From the NCBI GenBank assembly GCA_012270885.1, contig JAAXHN010000043.1, positions 1-56,771 on the forward strand: a stretch of DNA of 56,771 nucleotides, read 5' to 3'. The stretch comes from Acidimicrobiia bacterium (GTDB lineage: Bacteria > Actinomycetota > Acidimicrobiia > Spongiisociales > ZC4RG35). Each line of letters opens with the position of its first letter. The stretch's first letter is position 1. Both the position numbers and the translations under genes were made by a program. This document shows, in pieces, positions 29,109 to 38,008 of this stretch. The notes below the pieces were generated by a model, which saw only the letters and a program-made list of their open reading frames with translations, was not told where the DNA came from and ran no database searches.

Positions 29109-30884
29109 ATGGCTGATCAAGAGCATCACGAGGACCTTGACCTCACAGCCGTCGCCGAAGCCTATGAAAGCTGGGAAGAGGATGAGCACCGCCGCCGCGA
29201 GGCGGCCATCCGGGACCGTGCGGAATTCCAGGGTCTTCAAATCGATCCTGACATCGACTTCTATCCCGAGGTGGCCGACCGGGAACCCGGTGACAAGAAC
29301 ATAGTCAAATGGGGATTCGACATACATCCCCAGGTGACTTTCATCGCCGCCGGATTCCTGTTGCTCTTCATGGCCGCCACCCTGATCTTCCCCGATCAAG
29401 CGAGCGACGTCTTCGGCGCGATTCTCAACTTCATCAATGAGAAGGTGGGCTGGCTGTACATCATCTCATTCAATGTCTTCATCGGCGCGGCGCTCTATTT
29501 TGCGCTGGGCAGGTACGGCAAGATTCGATTAGGTGGCCCGGGATCCCTTCCGGAGTTCTCCACCGCCGCCTGGTACGCCATGCTGATCTCAGCCGGTTTG
29601 GGCATCGGATTGATGTTCTGGGGTGTGGCAGAACCGATCTACCACCTCACGTCGCCGCCTCCCTTCTTCGACGGAGAACCTCTGACGGCAGAGGCGCAGC
29701 GAGCCTCACTGGCGACCTCCTATCTCCACTGGGGGATTCATGGATGGGCGCTGTACGGTCTGGTCGCCCTGGCTCTGGGATTCTTCGCCTACAACCGAGG
29801 ACTCCCACTGACCTTCCGCTCGGTCTTCTATCCGATTCTCGGCCCGAGGATCTACGGCGGATGGGGCAACGCGATCGACATTCTCACCGTGGTGGCCACC
29901 CTCTTCGGACTCGCCACCTCGCTGGGATTCGGGGCCGGTCAGGCGGCCGCAGGGTTGAACAAGGTATTCGGCCTCCCCTCGGACACCTGGTTCCAGATCG
30001 TCCTCATCGCTTTCATCACCGGGTTGGCAACCATCTCGGTGGTCGCTGGTCTGGACGCAGGCGTGAAGAGGCTGAGCTCGATCAACGTATGGCTGGCCGC
30101 AGCGTTCCTAGTGTTCGTGATGTTGGTGGGTCCGACTCTGTTGGTCCTTTCGCTTTATGTCGAGAGCATCGGCGTCTACATCCAGATCCTGCCGGAGTTC
30201 TCCTTCTGGAACGCCGCCCTGGTCGAGACCCAGTGGCAGCAGTGGTGGACCATCTTCTATTGGGGATGGTGGATCTCATGGTCTCCCTTCGTAGGCATGT
30301 TCATCGCCCGAATCTCCAAGGGACGCTCGGTGCGGGAGATGATCCTCGGTGTGATCATCCTCCCCTGCCTCCTGTGCTTCCTGTGGTTCGCGGTGTTCGG
30401 CGGAGCGGCCATGAATCTGCAAATGACCGGCGAACTGGACGTCGCCACCGCGGTCAACGAAAATGTAGCGACCGCTCTGTTCGTGATGTTGGAGGCCTTC
30501 CCATGGACCTTCTTCGTCTCGATAATCGGCATTTTGCTGTTGGTTTCGTTCTTCGTCACCTCTTCGGACTCAGGGTCTCTGGTGGTTGACCACCTCACCT
30601 CAGGAGGAAAGCTAGACTCGCCCAAGCCCCAGCGGGTGTTCTGGGCCTTGATGGAAGGCGCAGTGGCGTGCGTGTTGCTGTTGGGAGGTGGCCTTTCGGC
30701 GCTCCAAACGGCCGCAGTGGCCACCGGACTGCCTTTCCTATTCGTTCTCCTGATCATGCTGTGGAGCCTCAAGAAGGCCTTCGACGAAGAACTCGACCTC
30801 CTGGAGAGTCACTACGACGAGGCCATCTTCAAAGACCAACACAGCGGCTTGCTTGAGAGGCTTGGCAAAGGAGGTGCAGAGTGA
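29109..30884 (+). CDS. BCCT family (betaine/choline/carnitine) transporter, BetP/OpuD-like
   Basis: AGLGIGLMFWG, HWGIHGW, WTIFYWGWWISWSPFVGMFIARIS, FVTSSDSG. Confidence 0.96.
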   Translation: MADQEHHEDLDLTAVAEAYESWEEDEHRRREAAIRDRAEFQGLQIDPDIDFYPEVADREPGDKNIVKWGFDIHPQVTFIAAGFLLLFMAATLIFPDQASDVFGAILNFINEKVGWLYIISFNVFIGAALYFALGRYGKIRLGGPGSLPEFSTAAWYAMLISAGLGIGLMFWGVAEPIYHLTSPPPFFDGEPLTAEAQRASLATSYLHWGIHGWALYGLVALALGFFAYNRGLPLTFRSVFYPILGPRIYGGWGNAIDILTVVATLFGLATSLGFGAGQAAAGLNKVFGLPSDTWFQIVLIAFITGLATISVVAGLDAGVKRLSSINVWLAAAFLVFVMLVGPTLLVLSLYVESIGVYIQILPEFSFWNAALVETQWQQWWTIFYWGWWISWSPFVGMFIARISKGRSVREMILGVIILPCLLCFLWFAVFGGAAMNLQMTGELDVATAVNENVATALFVMLEAFPWTFFVSIIGILLLVSFFVTSSDSGSLVVDHLTSGGKLDSPKPQRVFWALMEGAVACVLLLGGGLSALQTAAVATGLPFLFVLLIMLWSLKKAFDEELDLLESHYDEAIFKDQHSGLLERLGKGGAE

Positions 30885-31819
30885 CGAAGAGATCGAACGT
30901 ACTGATTGCCGCTCTTGCGGCTTTCGTGCTGGTGCTTTCGGCCTGCGCCACCGAGGGTCTGGACCGGCCGGTGACGATTGCTCGGGCCGACTGGAGTTCG
31001 GGCCATATGCAGGCCGCCATCTACGCCCAGTTGATCGAGGAACTCGGACACGAGGTCACCGATCCCGCGTTGGCGGAACTCCAGCCCTTCTCCTTCTATC
31101 CGGCTTTGGCCGCCGCGCAGTACGACCTGTGGGCCAACGGCTGGTTCCCGAACCACGATATCTTCCTGGATGGGGAACTGGTGACCGGCCAGGCGGTGGA
31201 GTTGCCAATCGAACCCGTCGGCTATCAAGTAGCCAAGGGGGGCATTGAGGGCTTTATGGTCGACAAGGCCACGGCCGACCGATTGGGAATCACCTCCATG
31301 GCTGACGTAGCCGCCAACGCCGGCGTCTTCGACACCAACGGCAACGGCAGAGCCGACCTGATCGGATGTAACGCCGGATGGGGATGCCACACCTGGATCA
31401 ACGACCTGATCGCCGACGAGAGTTGGGGGGCCAACGTGGAGCAGATCTCCGGTAACTACGATGACCTGGTCCGAGGCGTCATCGACCGGGTGAATGCAGG
31501 TGAATCGGCATTGTTCTACGCCTATACGCCCAACTGGACCGCCGACTCCCTGGTGGATGGGCAGAATGCGTTGTGGGTGCACGAAGCCGCCGTCAACGAC
31601 ATCCGGGCGGTGGCTAACACCGACTTCCTGGATGACAACCCGGACATCCGCCGTCTGCTCGAAGTGGTGGCGATTCCGTTGAGCGACATCGCGGCTCAAA
31701 ACGCCAAGATGGCCGCAGCGGCTGAGTACTCCGACGCCGATGTGCAAGCCGACGCGGAAGCCTGGATAGCTGCCAACCGCGACAGGGTCGACAGTTGGCT
31801 GGCTATCGCCCGCGGCTGA
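30881..31819 (+). CDS. proX: ProX-type glycine betaine/proline betaine substrate-binding lipoprotein
   Basis: Lipobox [30 protein letters not shown]; GTGA overlap with the BCCT stop. Confidence 0.85.
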   Translation: MTKRSNVLIAALAAFVLVLSACATEGLDRPVTIARADWSSGHMQAAIYAQLIEELGHEVTDPALAELQPFSFYPALAAAQYDLWANGWFPNHDIFLDGELVTGQAVELPIEPVGYQVAKGGIEGFMVDKATADRLGITSMADVAANAGVFDTNGNGRADLIGCNAGWGCHTWINDLIADESWGANVEQISGNYDDLVRGVIDRVNAGESALFYAYTPNWTADSLVDGQNALWVHEAAVNDIRAVANTDFLDDNPDIRRLLEVVAIPLSDIAAQNAKMAAAAEYSDADVQADAEAWIAANRDRVDSWLAIARG

Positions 31820-31842
31820 TCTGAATCCGTAAGTAATCGACT

Positions 31843-31876
31843 GTTTCGGCTGGTGGGTCCTCCCGCCAGCCGAAAC
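31843..31876. terminator. Intrinsic terminator hairpin between convergent proX and purB
   Basis: GTTTCGGCTGGTGGG-TCCT-CCCGCCAGCCGAAAC, a 15-bp stem with one G-U pair. Confidence 0.75.
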
Positions 31877-31920
31877 CCTTTAAGGAAGCCCGGCCGGGCA
31901 GCCCGTCTACCGGCAGTCAA

Positions 31921-33249
31921 TCAGAGGGGCGACAGGGTCAGAGCGCGGAGCCGCTCGAAGACCACCGACGTCTCCTCCAGGAACCTCATCGGGTCGGATG
32001 CCTCTTCCAGCCTGTCCGCCGGGATGGTCACGTCGGGATCGGATGCCAACCTCTCCCATAGGACCTCGCCACCATCCAGCACTGCCGTAGCATTTCGCTG
32101 CACGATCCGGTAGGCGTCATCCCGGCTGAGGCCGGATTGTTGGATCAACTCCGACAGAAGCGCCCCGCTGACCACCAAACCACCGGTTGAATCGAGGTTG
32201 ACCCTCATCCGCGCCGGGTTCACCTCCAGACGCTCCATCAACCCGGTGAAGGTCACCAGCATGTAGTGGAGGACGGTGCAGGCGTCGGGAATGATCACCC
32301 GCTCGGCAGAGGAGTGGCTGATATCCCGCTCATGCCACAGCGCGACATTCTCCAAAGCGGCCGTCGAGTAACCCCTCAGCAACCGGGCCATTCCGGCCAT
32401 TCTCTCCGAGGTGATCGGATTCCTCTTGTGGGGCATGGCCGAAGATCCCTTCTGGCCGGGCCGGAATCCCTCCGCCGTTTCTCCAACCTCGTTGCGCTGC
32501 AGCAGGCGGATCTCGGTGGCGAATCGCTCCAGGGACGCCCCGGCCAAGGCGATTGCTCCCAGCAACTGCGCGTGGCGGTCCCGAGCGGTCACTTGGGTGG
32601 ACGCCGGTTCCGATCCGATCCCGAGCCTCCTGCAAACGTATTTCTCCACAGCCGGGGGACACTGGGCATAGGTACCGACCGCCCCGCTCACCTTTCCCAC
32701 CGCCACAGCCTGGCGGGCGGCGCCGAGCCGTTCGTGGTCCCTGGCCACCTGGAAGGCCCAGCCCGCCAGTTTGAGACCCCAGGAGGTGGGCTCGGCCCAC
32801 ATGCCGTGGGTGCGGCCCAACATTACGGTCCACTGATGCTCCAGCGCCGCCTCCTTAACCACCGAGAAGAGGCGCTCGACTTCACCGATCAACAGGCCGG
32901 CCGCCTCGTCCATGATCACGCCGGCGGCCGTGTCGACCACATCAGAGGACGTAAGCCCGTAGTGGACCCACTCCCCTCCCTCTTCCATGCCCGCCGCCAG
33001 GACGTCGACGAAGGCGGCCAGATCATGATTTATGACGGCCTCCCGCTCCGCAACTTGTTCGGGAGTGGGAACCGGCGCCTTCCGGATTGCCCTGACGGCT
33101 TCGGCAGGCGCCACTCCCGCCTCCGCCCAAGCCTCGAGCGCCAATTCCTCCACTTTCTTCCAGGTTGCCAAGCGCCGTTCAGCCGACCACAACTCGGCCA
33201 TCTCCGGAAGTGTGTAGCGATCAATCATTTCATCGGCCGGGGGACTCAT
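31921..33249 (-). CDS. purB: Adenylosuccinate lyase
   Basis: MIDRY (alternative start 33228), HYGLTSSD, GRTHG, GSSAMPHKRNP, LWHERDISHSS.ER. Confidence 0.97.
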   Translation of the reverse strand: MSPPADEMIDRYTLPEMAELWSAERRLATWKKVEELALEAWAEAGVAPAEAVRAIRKAPVPTPEQVAEREAVINHDLAAFVDVLAAGMEEGGEWVHYGLTSSDVVDTAAGVIMDEAAGLLIGEVERLFSVVKEAALEHQWTVMLGRTHGMWAEPTSWGLKLAGWAFQVARDHERLGAARQAVAVGKVSGAVGTYAQCPPAVEKYVCRRLGIGSEPASTQVTARDRHAQLLGAIALAGASLERFATEIRLLQRNEVGETAEGFRPGQKGSSAMPHKRNPITSERMAGMARLLRGYSTAALENVALWHERDISHSSAERVIIPDACTVLHYMLVTFTGLMERLEVNPARMRVNLDSTGGLVVSGALLSELIQQSGLSRDDAYRIVQRNATAVLDGGEVLWERLASDPDVTIPADRLEEASDPMRFLEETSVVFERLRALTLSPL

Positions 33250-33397
33250 GGATCCCGCCGCTTATGGGAGACTACCTGCCGACGCCCGGCCACTCAGCCA
33301 CAAATAAGCTGGAGGCGGCGAAGACGACCATAGGCTCCTATCCGATGTGCCTCGACGCCCACGCCGACGCATTCCCGGGGTACCTCCCATCGCGGAT

Positions 33398-34576
33398 ATG
33401 AGGCGACTGACCCTGGCCCAGGCCCGCCGGACGGCGATCAGCGCCACAGGGCTTGGCCTGTCCCGTCCCACCGGGCCGGTGGATGCCGACCATTACCAGA
33501 AGACCCTCGACACACTGGGTGTTATCCAGCTCGACTCAGTGAACGTGCTGGCCAGAGCGCACTATCTCCCTTTTTTCTCGCGGCTGGGCGCCTACCCCCG
33601 CGACCTCCTGGACCAGTGGCTCTGGACATCGCAGGAACTCTTCGAGTACTGGGGGCACGAGCGCTCCCTGATGCCGATCAACCATCGCCCCCTCTTCGCC
33701 CACCGAATGCGCGAGCAACCGCGAGGATGGATCGAGTCTGTGAATTACGACAACCCCGAATACGTGCAGGAGGTACACCGGGAAGTAGCTGAAAGGGGAC
33801 CGCTCCGCACTTCCGACCTGAGCGAGCCGGGGAAGTCCGGCGGATCGTGGTGGGGCCATTCCATGGGAAAACGCGCCTTGGAGTGGCTGTTCTGGAAAGG
33901 CGCGGTCACCGTGGCCGACCGCCCGAACTTCATCCGATGGTTCGACCTTCCCGAGCGGGTTCATCCTGCCTGGGTCATGGACGAGCCGCCGGTCGAGGGG
34001 CCGGAAGCCCTCCGTCGCCTGCTCCGCCTGGCTGTGGAGCACTGCGGCGTGGGAACGGCCGCCGATCTCGCCGACTACTACCGCATAGGCGTCTGGCCGG
34101 CCCGCAAAGCGCTCTCCGATCTGGTCGCCTCCGGTGAGATCCGGGAAGTCGAGGTGGAAGGCTGGTCGGAGTCGGGCTACCTGGATCCGGATGCCAGCAT
34201 TCCCCGGCAGGTCGGAGGACGGGCACTCCTCTCACCCTTCGATCCCCTGGTCTGGCACCGACCGCGGCTGGAGAGGCTCTTCGACTTCCGGTACCGGATC
34301 GAGATCTACATTCCCCGACCCAAGCGGATCCACGGCTACTACGTGCTGCCCTTCCTGATGGGAGACAGGATGGTCGCCCGCGTGGATCTCAAGCTGGACC
34401 GGCGCGCCAAGCGCCTGCTGGTGCTGGGCAGCTACGGCGAGCCTGAGATCGACGTGAACAGGGTCTGCCGGGAACTATCCGGAGAACTCGTGGACATGGC
34501 CGAATGGCTGGACGCCGGGGAAGTATCGGTATCCCCCAACGGCGACCTCGCGTCCCCTCTCGCCCAGTGTGTCTGA
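33398..34576 (+). CDS. ycaQ: YcaQ/AlkZ (HTH_42) family interstrand-crosslink DNA glycosylase
   Basis: IQLDSVNV (QxD catalytic motif), FSRLG, FEYWGHE, LLSPFDP, YRIEIY.P..KR.HGYYVLP. Confidence 0.88.
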   Translation: MRRLTLAQARRTAISATGLGLSRPTGPVDADHYQKTLDTLGVIQLDSVNVLARAHYLPFFSRLGAYPRDLLDQWLWTSQELFEYWGHERSLMPINHRPLFAHRMREQPRGWIESVNYDNPEYVQEVHREVAERGPLRTSDLSEPGKSGGSWWGHSMGKRALEWLFWKGAVTVADRPNFIRWFDLPERVHPAWVMDEPPVEGPEALRRLLRLAVEHCGVGTAADLADYYRIGVWPARKALSDLVASGEIREVEVEGWSESGYLDPDASIPRQVGGRALLSPFDPLVWHRPRLERLFDFRYRIEIYIPRPKRIHGYYVLPFLMGDRMVARVDLKLDRRAKRLLVLGSYGEPEIDVNRVCRELSGELVDMAEWLDAGEVSVSPNGDLASPLAQCV

Positions 34577-34591
34577 TCCTCCGCAAGTGAG

Positions 34592-35863
34592 CTACCTCTC
34601 CACCAGTTGGCTCCGCTCGGGACCGACCGAGACCCAGCCCACCGGCACTCCCACTGCTTCCTCGATGAACCGAATGTACTGGCGGGCCGTCGCCGGGAGA
34701 TCCTCGAACCTCCTGGCCCCCGTGATGTCCTCCGACCATCCCTCCAGTTCCTCATATACCGGAGTGCACCTGTACAACACCCGCTGCTGGCGGGGGAATT
34801 CCCGGTAGCTGTCTCCGGCGGCGTCGTAGCCAACCGCCACCCGTAGGGTGTCGAGCCCCGAGAGGATGTCCAGCTTGGTGATGAACAGGTGCGTCAACCC
34901 GTTGACCCTGGCTGCGTAGCGAAGAGCCACCAGATCAAGCCACCCGCAGCGCCGCCGTCGACCGGTCACCGTACCGAACTCCCGGCCCTGTTCCACCATC
35001 CAATCCCCAACCTCGTCGAACAATTCCGTGGGGAAGGGACCGCTGCCCACCCGGGAAACGTAAGCCTTGGCCACTCCGACCACCGAGTCGATGGCGGTCG
35101 GCCCCAATCCCGCCCCGATCAAGGCGCCGCCCGCGGTGGGATTGGACGAGGTAACAAAGGGATATGTGCCGTGGTCGATATCTAGAAGGGTCCCCTGGGC
35201 GCCCTCGAAGAGCACTTTCCGCCCTTCGGCGATCGCCTGCCACAGGAGAAGCGAGGTGTCCGTCACGTACGGAAGGAGACGCCCCGCCATTTCCAGATAC
35301 TGGGAGGTCACCTCCTCAGGATCCATGGGGAGGCGGTTGTACACCCTGGTGATTATCTTGTTCTTGTCTTCAAGGGCCGCCTCCACCTTCTCCCGAAAGA
35401 TCCCGGGGTCGAACAGGTCCTGGACCCTGATCCCCACCCGCTGATACTTGTCGGTGTAGGCAGGGCCGATCCCCCGTTTGGTGGTCCCGATCCGGTTGCG
35501 CCCCAGATACAGTTCCATCACCCCATCCAGCACCCGGTGATACGGCATGATCAGGTGAGCGTTGGAAGAGATCCGAAGGCCTTCGGGGGGAAATCCCTCC
35601 CGGGTGAGCATCTCGATCTCCTCCAGGAGCACCGCCGGATCCAGGACACAACCCGAGGCGATCACCGGCACGCATTCTTCGTACATCACACCCGAAGGGA
35701 TGACCGAAAGGACAAAGACGCGTTCGCCGATAGTTATAGTGTGTCCGGCGTTGTTGCCTCCCTGGTAGCGGACGACAAAATCGGCGGACTCCGCGAAGAA
35801 ATCGGTTACCCGGCCCTTCCCCTCGTCGCCCCACTGTGCGCCTAACACGATGGTGGCTGTCAC
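34592..35863 (-). CDS. purA: Adenylosuccinate synthetase
   Basis: GAQWGDEGKG, QGGNNAGHT, GTTKRGIGP, EGAQG, GTVTGRRRRCGW. Confidence 0.98.
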   Translation of the reverse strand: MTATIVLGAQWGDEGKGRVTDFFAESADFVVRYQGGNNAGHTITIGERVFVLSVIPSGVMYEECVPVIASGCVLDPAVLLEEIEMLTREGFPPEGLRISSNAHLIMPYHRVLDGVMELYLGRNRIGTTKRGIGPAYTDKYQRVGIRVQDLFDPGIFREKVEAALEDKNKIITRVYNRLPMDPEEVTSQYLEMAGRLLPYVTDTSLLLWQAIAEGRKVLFEGAQGTLLDIDHGTYPFVTSSNPTAGGALIGAGLGPTAIDSVVGVAKAYVSRVGSGPFPTELFDEVGDWMVEQGREFGTVTGRRRRCGWLDLVALRYAARVNGLTHLFITKLDILSGLDTLRVAVGYDAAGDSYREFPRQQRVLYRCTPVYEELEGWSEDITGARRFEDLPATARQYIRFIEEAVGVPVGWVSVGPERSQLVER

Positions 35864-35972
35864 AGCACTGCATGTTAGCCCGCCCGCCCGGTAGGGTAAA
35901 TCTCATGTCCCTCTCATGTTTTGCGTGCATGCTTGCAGAGACAGTCGATATGGGGATGAGCGAATCACGGCA

Positions 35973-36830
35973 GTGAGAGAACACCAACGGCAAACAATCA
36001 CTACCAATCGGGGAGCAGGGGTCAGCGCGATCAACCGGCCCGGATTTCGACCCATCGCCTTCCTTTTCGTGCATGGACTGGCCTCCAATGCCCGGCTCTG
36101 GGACGGCGTTGCCGACCACCTCGCGTCACGAGGCTATCCGTCGGTGGCTGTGGACCAACGCTCTCACGGGCTTTCCGAGGACGTGGACGGACCCTTCGAC
36201 TTCGCCACGCTCGCCGATGATCTGCTCTCAGTGATAGACGAGGCTCTTCCTCCCGAAGCTCCGGTGATCGCGGCGGGCCAGTCCCTGGGTGGAAACGTGG
36301 TGCTTGAGCTTGCCTACCGCCACCCGGCCCGAATCGCCGCCTTGGCTTGTATCGACGGGGGGTTCATTACGTTGAGCAGGGCGTTCCCCGATTGGGAGAC
36401 GGCGGCCCGGGAACTGGCCCCTCCGTCCTTTGACAAGGTGCTCTACACCGACTTGGAGAAGAGGCTCCGAAAGCGCTACTCCGACTGGCCCGAGAGCGGC
36501 GTCAAGGGGCAACTCGCCAACTTCGAGATAGCAGCGGACGGAACTATCCGTCCCCATCTGCAAAGGGACCATCACTTTCGACTGCTGGAGGAGATGTGGA
36601 AGCATCAGCCGTGCGAGATCGCTCCCTCCCTTCAACAACCGGTCCTGGTCATCGCCACCACACAGACCGTGGCCGGGAGAGCCGCCAAGCGGGAAAGCGT
36701 TTCCCGCTTCGCCAATCTTCTTCCCAGCGGCCGGGTGATGTGGCTGGACGCACACCATGACCTGCATGCTCAATATCCTCGCCTGACCGCCGGTTGGCTC
36801 GAGGAACTGGCGCGAGAGGTGTCCCCATGA
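35973..36830 (+). CDS. Alpha/beta fold hydrolase
   Basis: HGLAS, DQRSHG.S, GQSLGG nucleophile elbow, C-terminal HHDLH. Start uncertain (ORF from 35916; GTG 35973 chosen). Confidence 0.85.
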   Translation: MREHQRQTITTNRGAGVSAINRPGFRPIAFLFVHGLASNARLWDGVADHLASRGYPSVAVDQRSHGLSEDVDGPFDFATLADDLLSVIDEALPPEAPVIAAGQSLGGNVVLELAYRHPARIAALACIDGGFITLSRAFPDWETAARELAPPSFDKVLYTDLEKRLRKRYSDWPESGVKGQLANFEIAADGTIRPHLQRDHHFRLLEEMWKHQPCEIAPSLQQPVLVIATTQTVAGRAAKRESVSRFANLLPSGRVMWLDAHHDLHAQYPRLTAGWLEELAREVSP

Positions 36831-37987
36831 GTGCCGGACGGCTCATCCTGATGGGGTCGGGGGAGGTCTCCAATCGCCTGGTGGCCGCCCATCGGCTGGG
36901 AGTCGAGCGGGCCGGCGCCCGGGAGGCGGTGGTCTTGGACACTCCCTACGGATTCCAGGAGAACGCCCCGCTCCTCTCCGAACGACTCACCGGTTTCTTT
37001 CGGACCAGCCTGTCCATCAACGCCGCAGTCGCCTCCTATCGCTCCACCTCGGAGGGAGAAGTCGCCCGCGAAAGGATGCTGGCCACCGTCCGCCGGGCCC
37101 GCTACGTCTTCGCCGGGCCCGGTTCGCCCGGCTATGCGCTGGCAACCTGGCGGGAGACGGGACTGGCGGCAGAACTGCGGAAGCTCCTCGCCGAAGGCGC
37201 GACCGTCACCTTGGCCTCGGCCGCCGCCCTCACCGCCGGATCCAAGACCCTGCCCGTCTACGAAATATTCAAGGTCGGCGCCGGGCTGGAATGGTTGGAA
37301 GGGCTGAACCTCACCGCTCACCTGGGCTTGGAGGCAGTGGTCATACCCCATTGGAACAACACCGAGGGCCAGGGGTTCGACACCAGCCGCTGCTACATGG
37401 GACGGCGTCGCTTCCAACGGCTACGGGCCATGCTGCCCGAGGGACTGGGAGTGATCGGAGTGGATGAGCACACCGCTGCCACCATCGACTTCGGGACCGA
37501 AGAGATGAGTGTGATGGGAGCGGGAGGGGTCACCTTGAGCGGAGCGGACGACATGTTCGTGGCCGAGGGAGAAGCGATAGCCTTGGACACGATGTTCAAG
37601 CTCCTGGAGAGCAGCCCCCCCGCACCGCCCCAAGAAGGCCTCGGGGCCCTCCCCGATCTCACCGAGGCCAAGGCCGCCCGGTCGGCCGAGAAAATGGCCG
37701 AGGCCCTGCTCCGGCTGGAGTCAAAGGCTGCGGATGGATCTCTCCATGCTCGGGAGTCCTTGAGGTCCGCGCTGTTGGAGATATCGGAGTTGGCGGTGTC
37801 CGGCCTGGTGGAGCCGGCCGAGTGGGTGGGAGGCTACGTGGAGTTACTCGTTGAAGCAAGGTCCCGCCTCCGCGCCCAGAAGCGGTGGGAAGAGGCAGAT
37901 GGGATCCGTTCCGGTCTGGAGAGACTGGGGGTGACCCTCCAGGACGGCCCTTCAGGGACCACCTGGATACTGGAAGAACAGGGATAA
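36827..37987 (+). CDS. Peptidase S51/cyanophycinase-like (type 1 glutamine amidotransferase fold) protein with CysRS-like C-terminal domain
   Basis: LMGSGE, FAGPGSP, ASAAA nucleophile elbow, IPHWN, GVDEHTA. C-terminus R...RAQKRWEEADGIR..L...GVTLQDGPSGTTW. ATGA overlap with the hydrolase. Confidence 0.8.
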   Translation: MSAGRLILMGSGEVSNRLVAAHRLGVERAGAREAVVLDTPYGFQENAPLLSERLTGFFRTSLSINAAVASYRSTSEGEVARERMLATVRRARYVFAGPGSPGYALATWRETGLAAELRKLLAEGATVTLASAAALTAGSKTLPVYEIFKVGAGLEWLEGLNLTAHLGLEAVVIPHWNNTEGQGFDTSRCYMGRRRFQRLRAMLPEGLGVIGVDEHTAATIDFGTEEMSVMGAGGVTLSGADDMFVAEGEAIALDTMFKLLESSPPAPPQEGLGALPDLTEAKAARSAEKMAEALLRLESKAADGSLHARESLRSALLEISELAVSGLVEPAEWVGGYVELLVEARSRLRAQKRWEEADGIRSGLERLGVTLQDGPSGTTWILEEQG

Positions 37988-38008
37988 GTCCCGAATGGGA
38001 TCAACACG

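Noticed and set aside
36827-37987. Calling this gene cysS
   Set aside because: Only the C-terminal domain resembles CysRS; the catalytic HIGH/KMSKS domain is absent.
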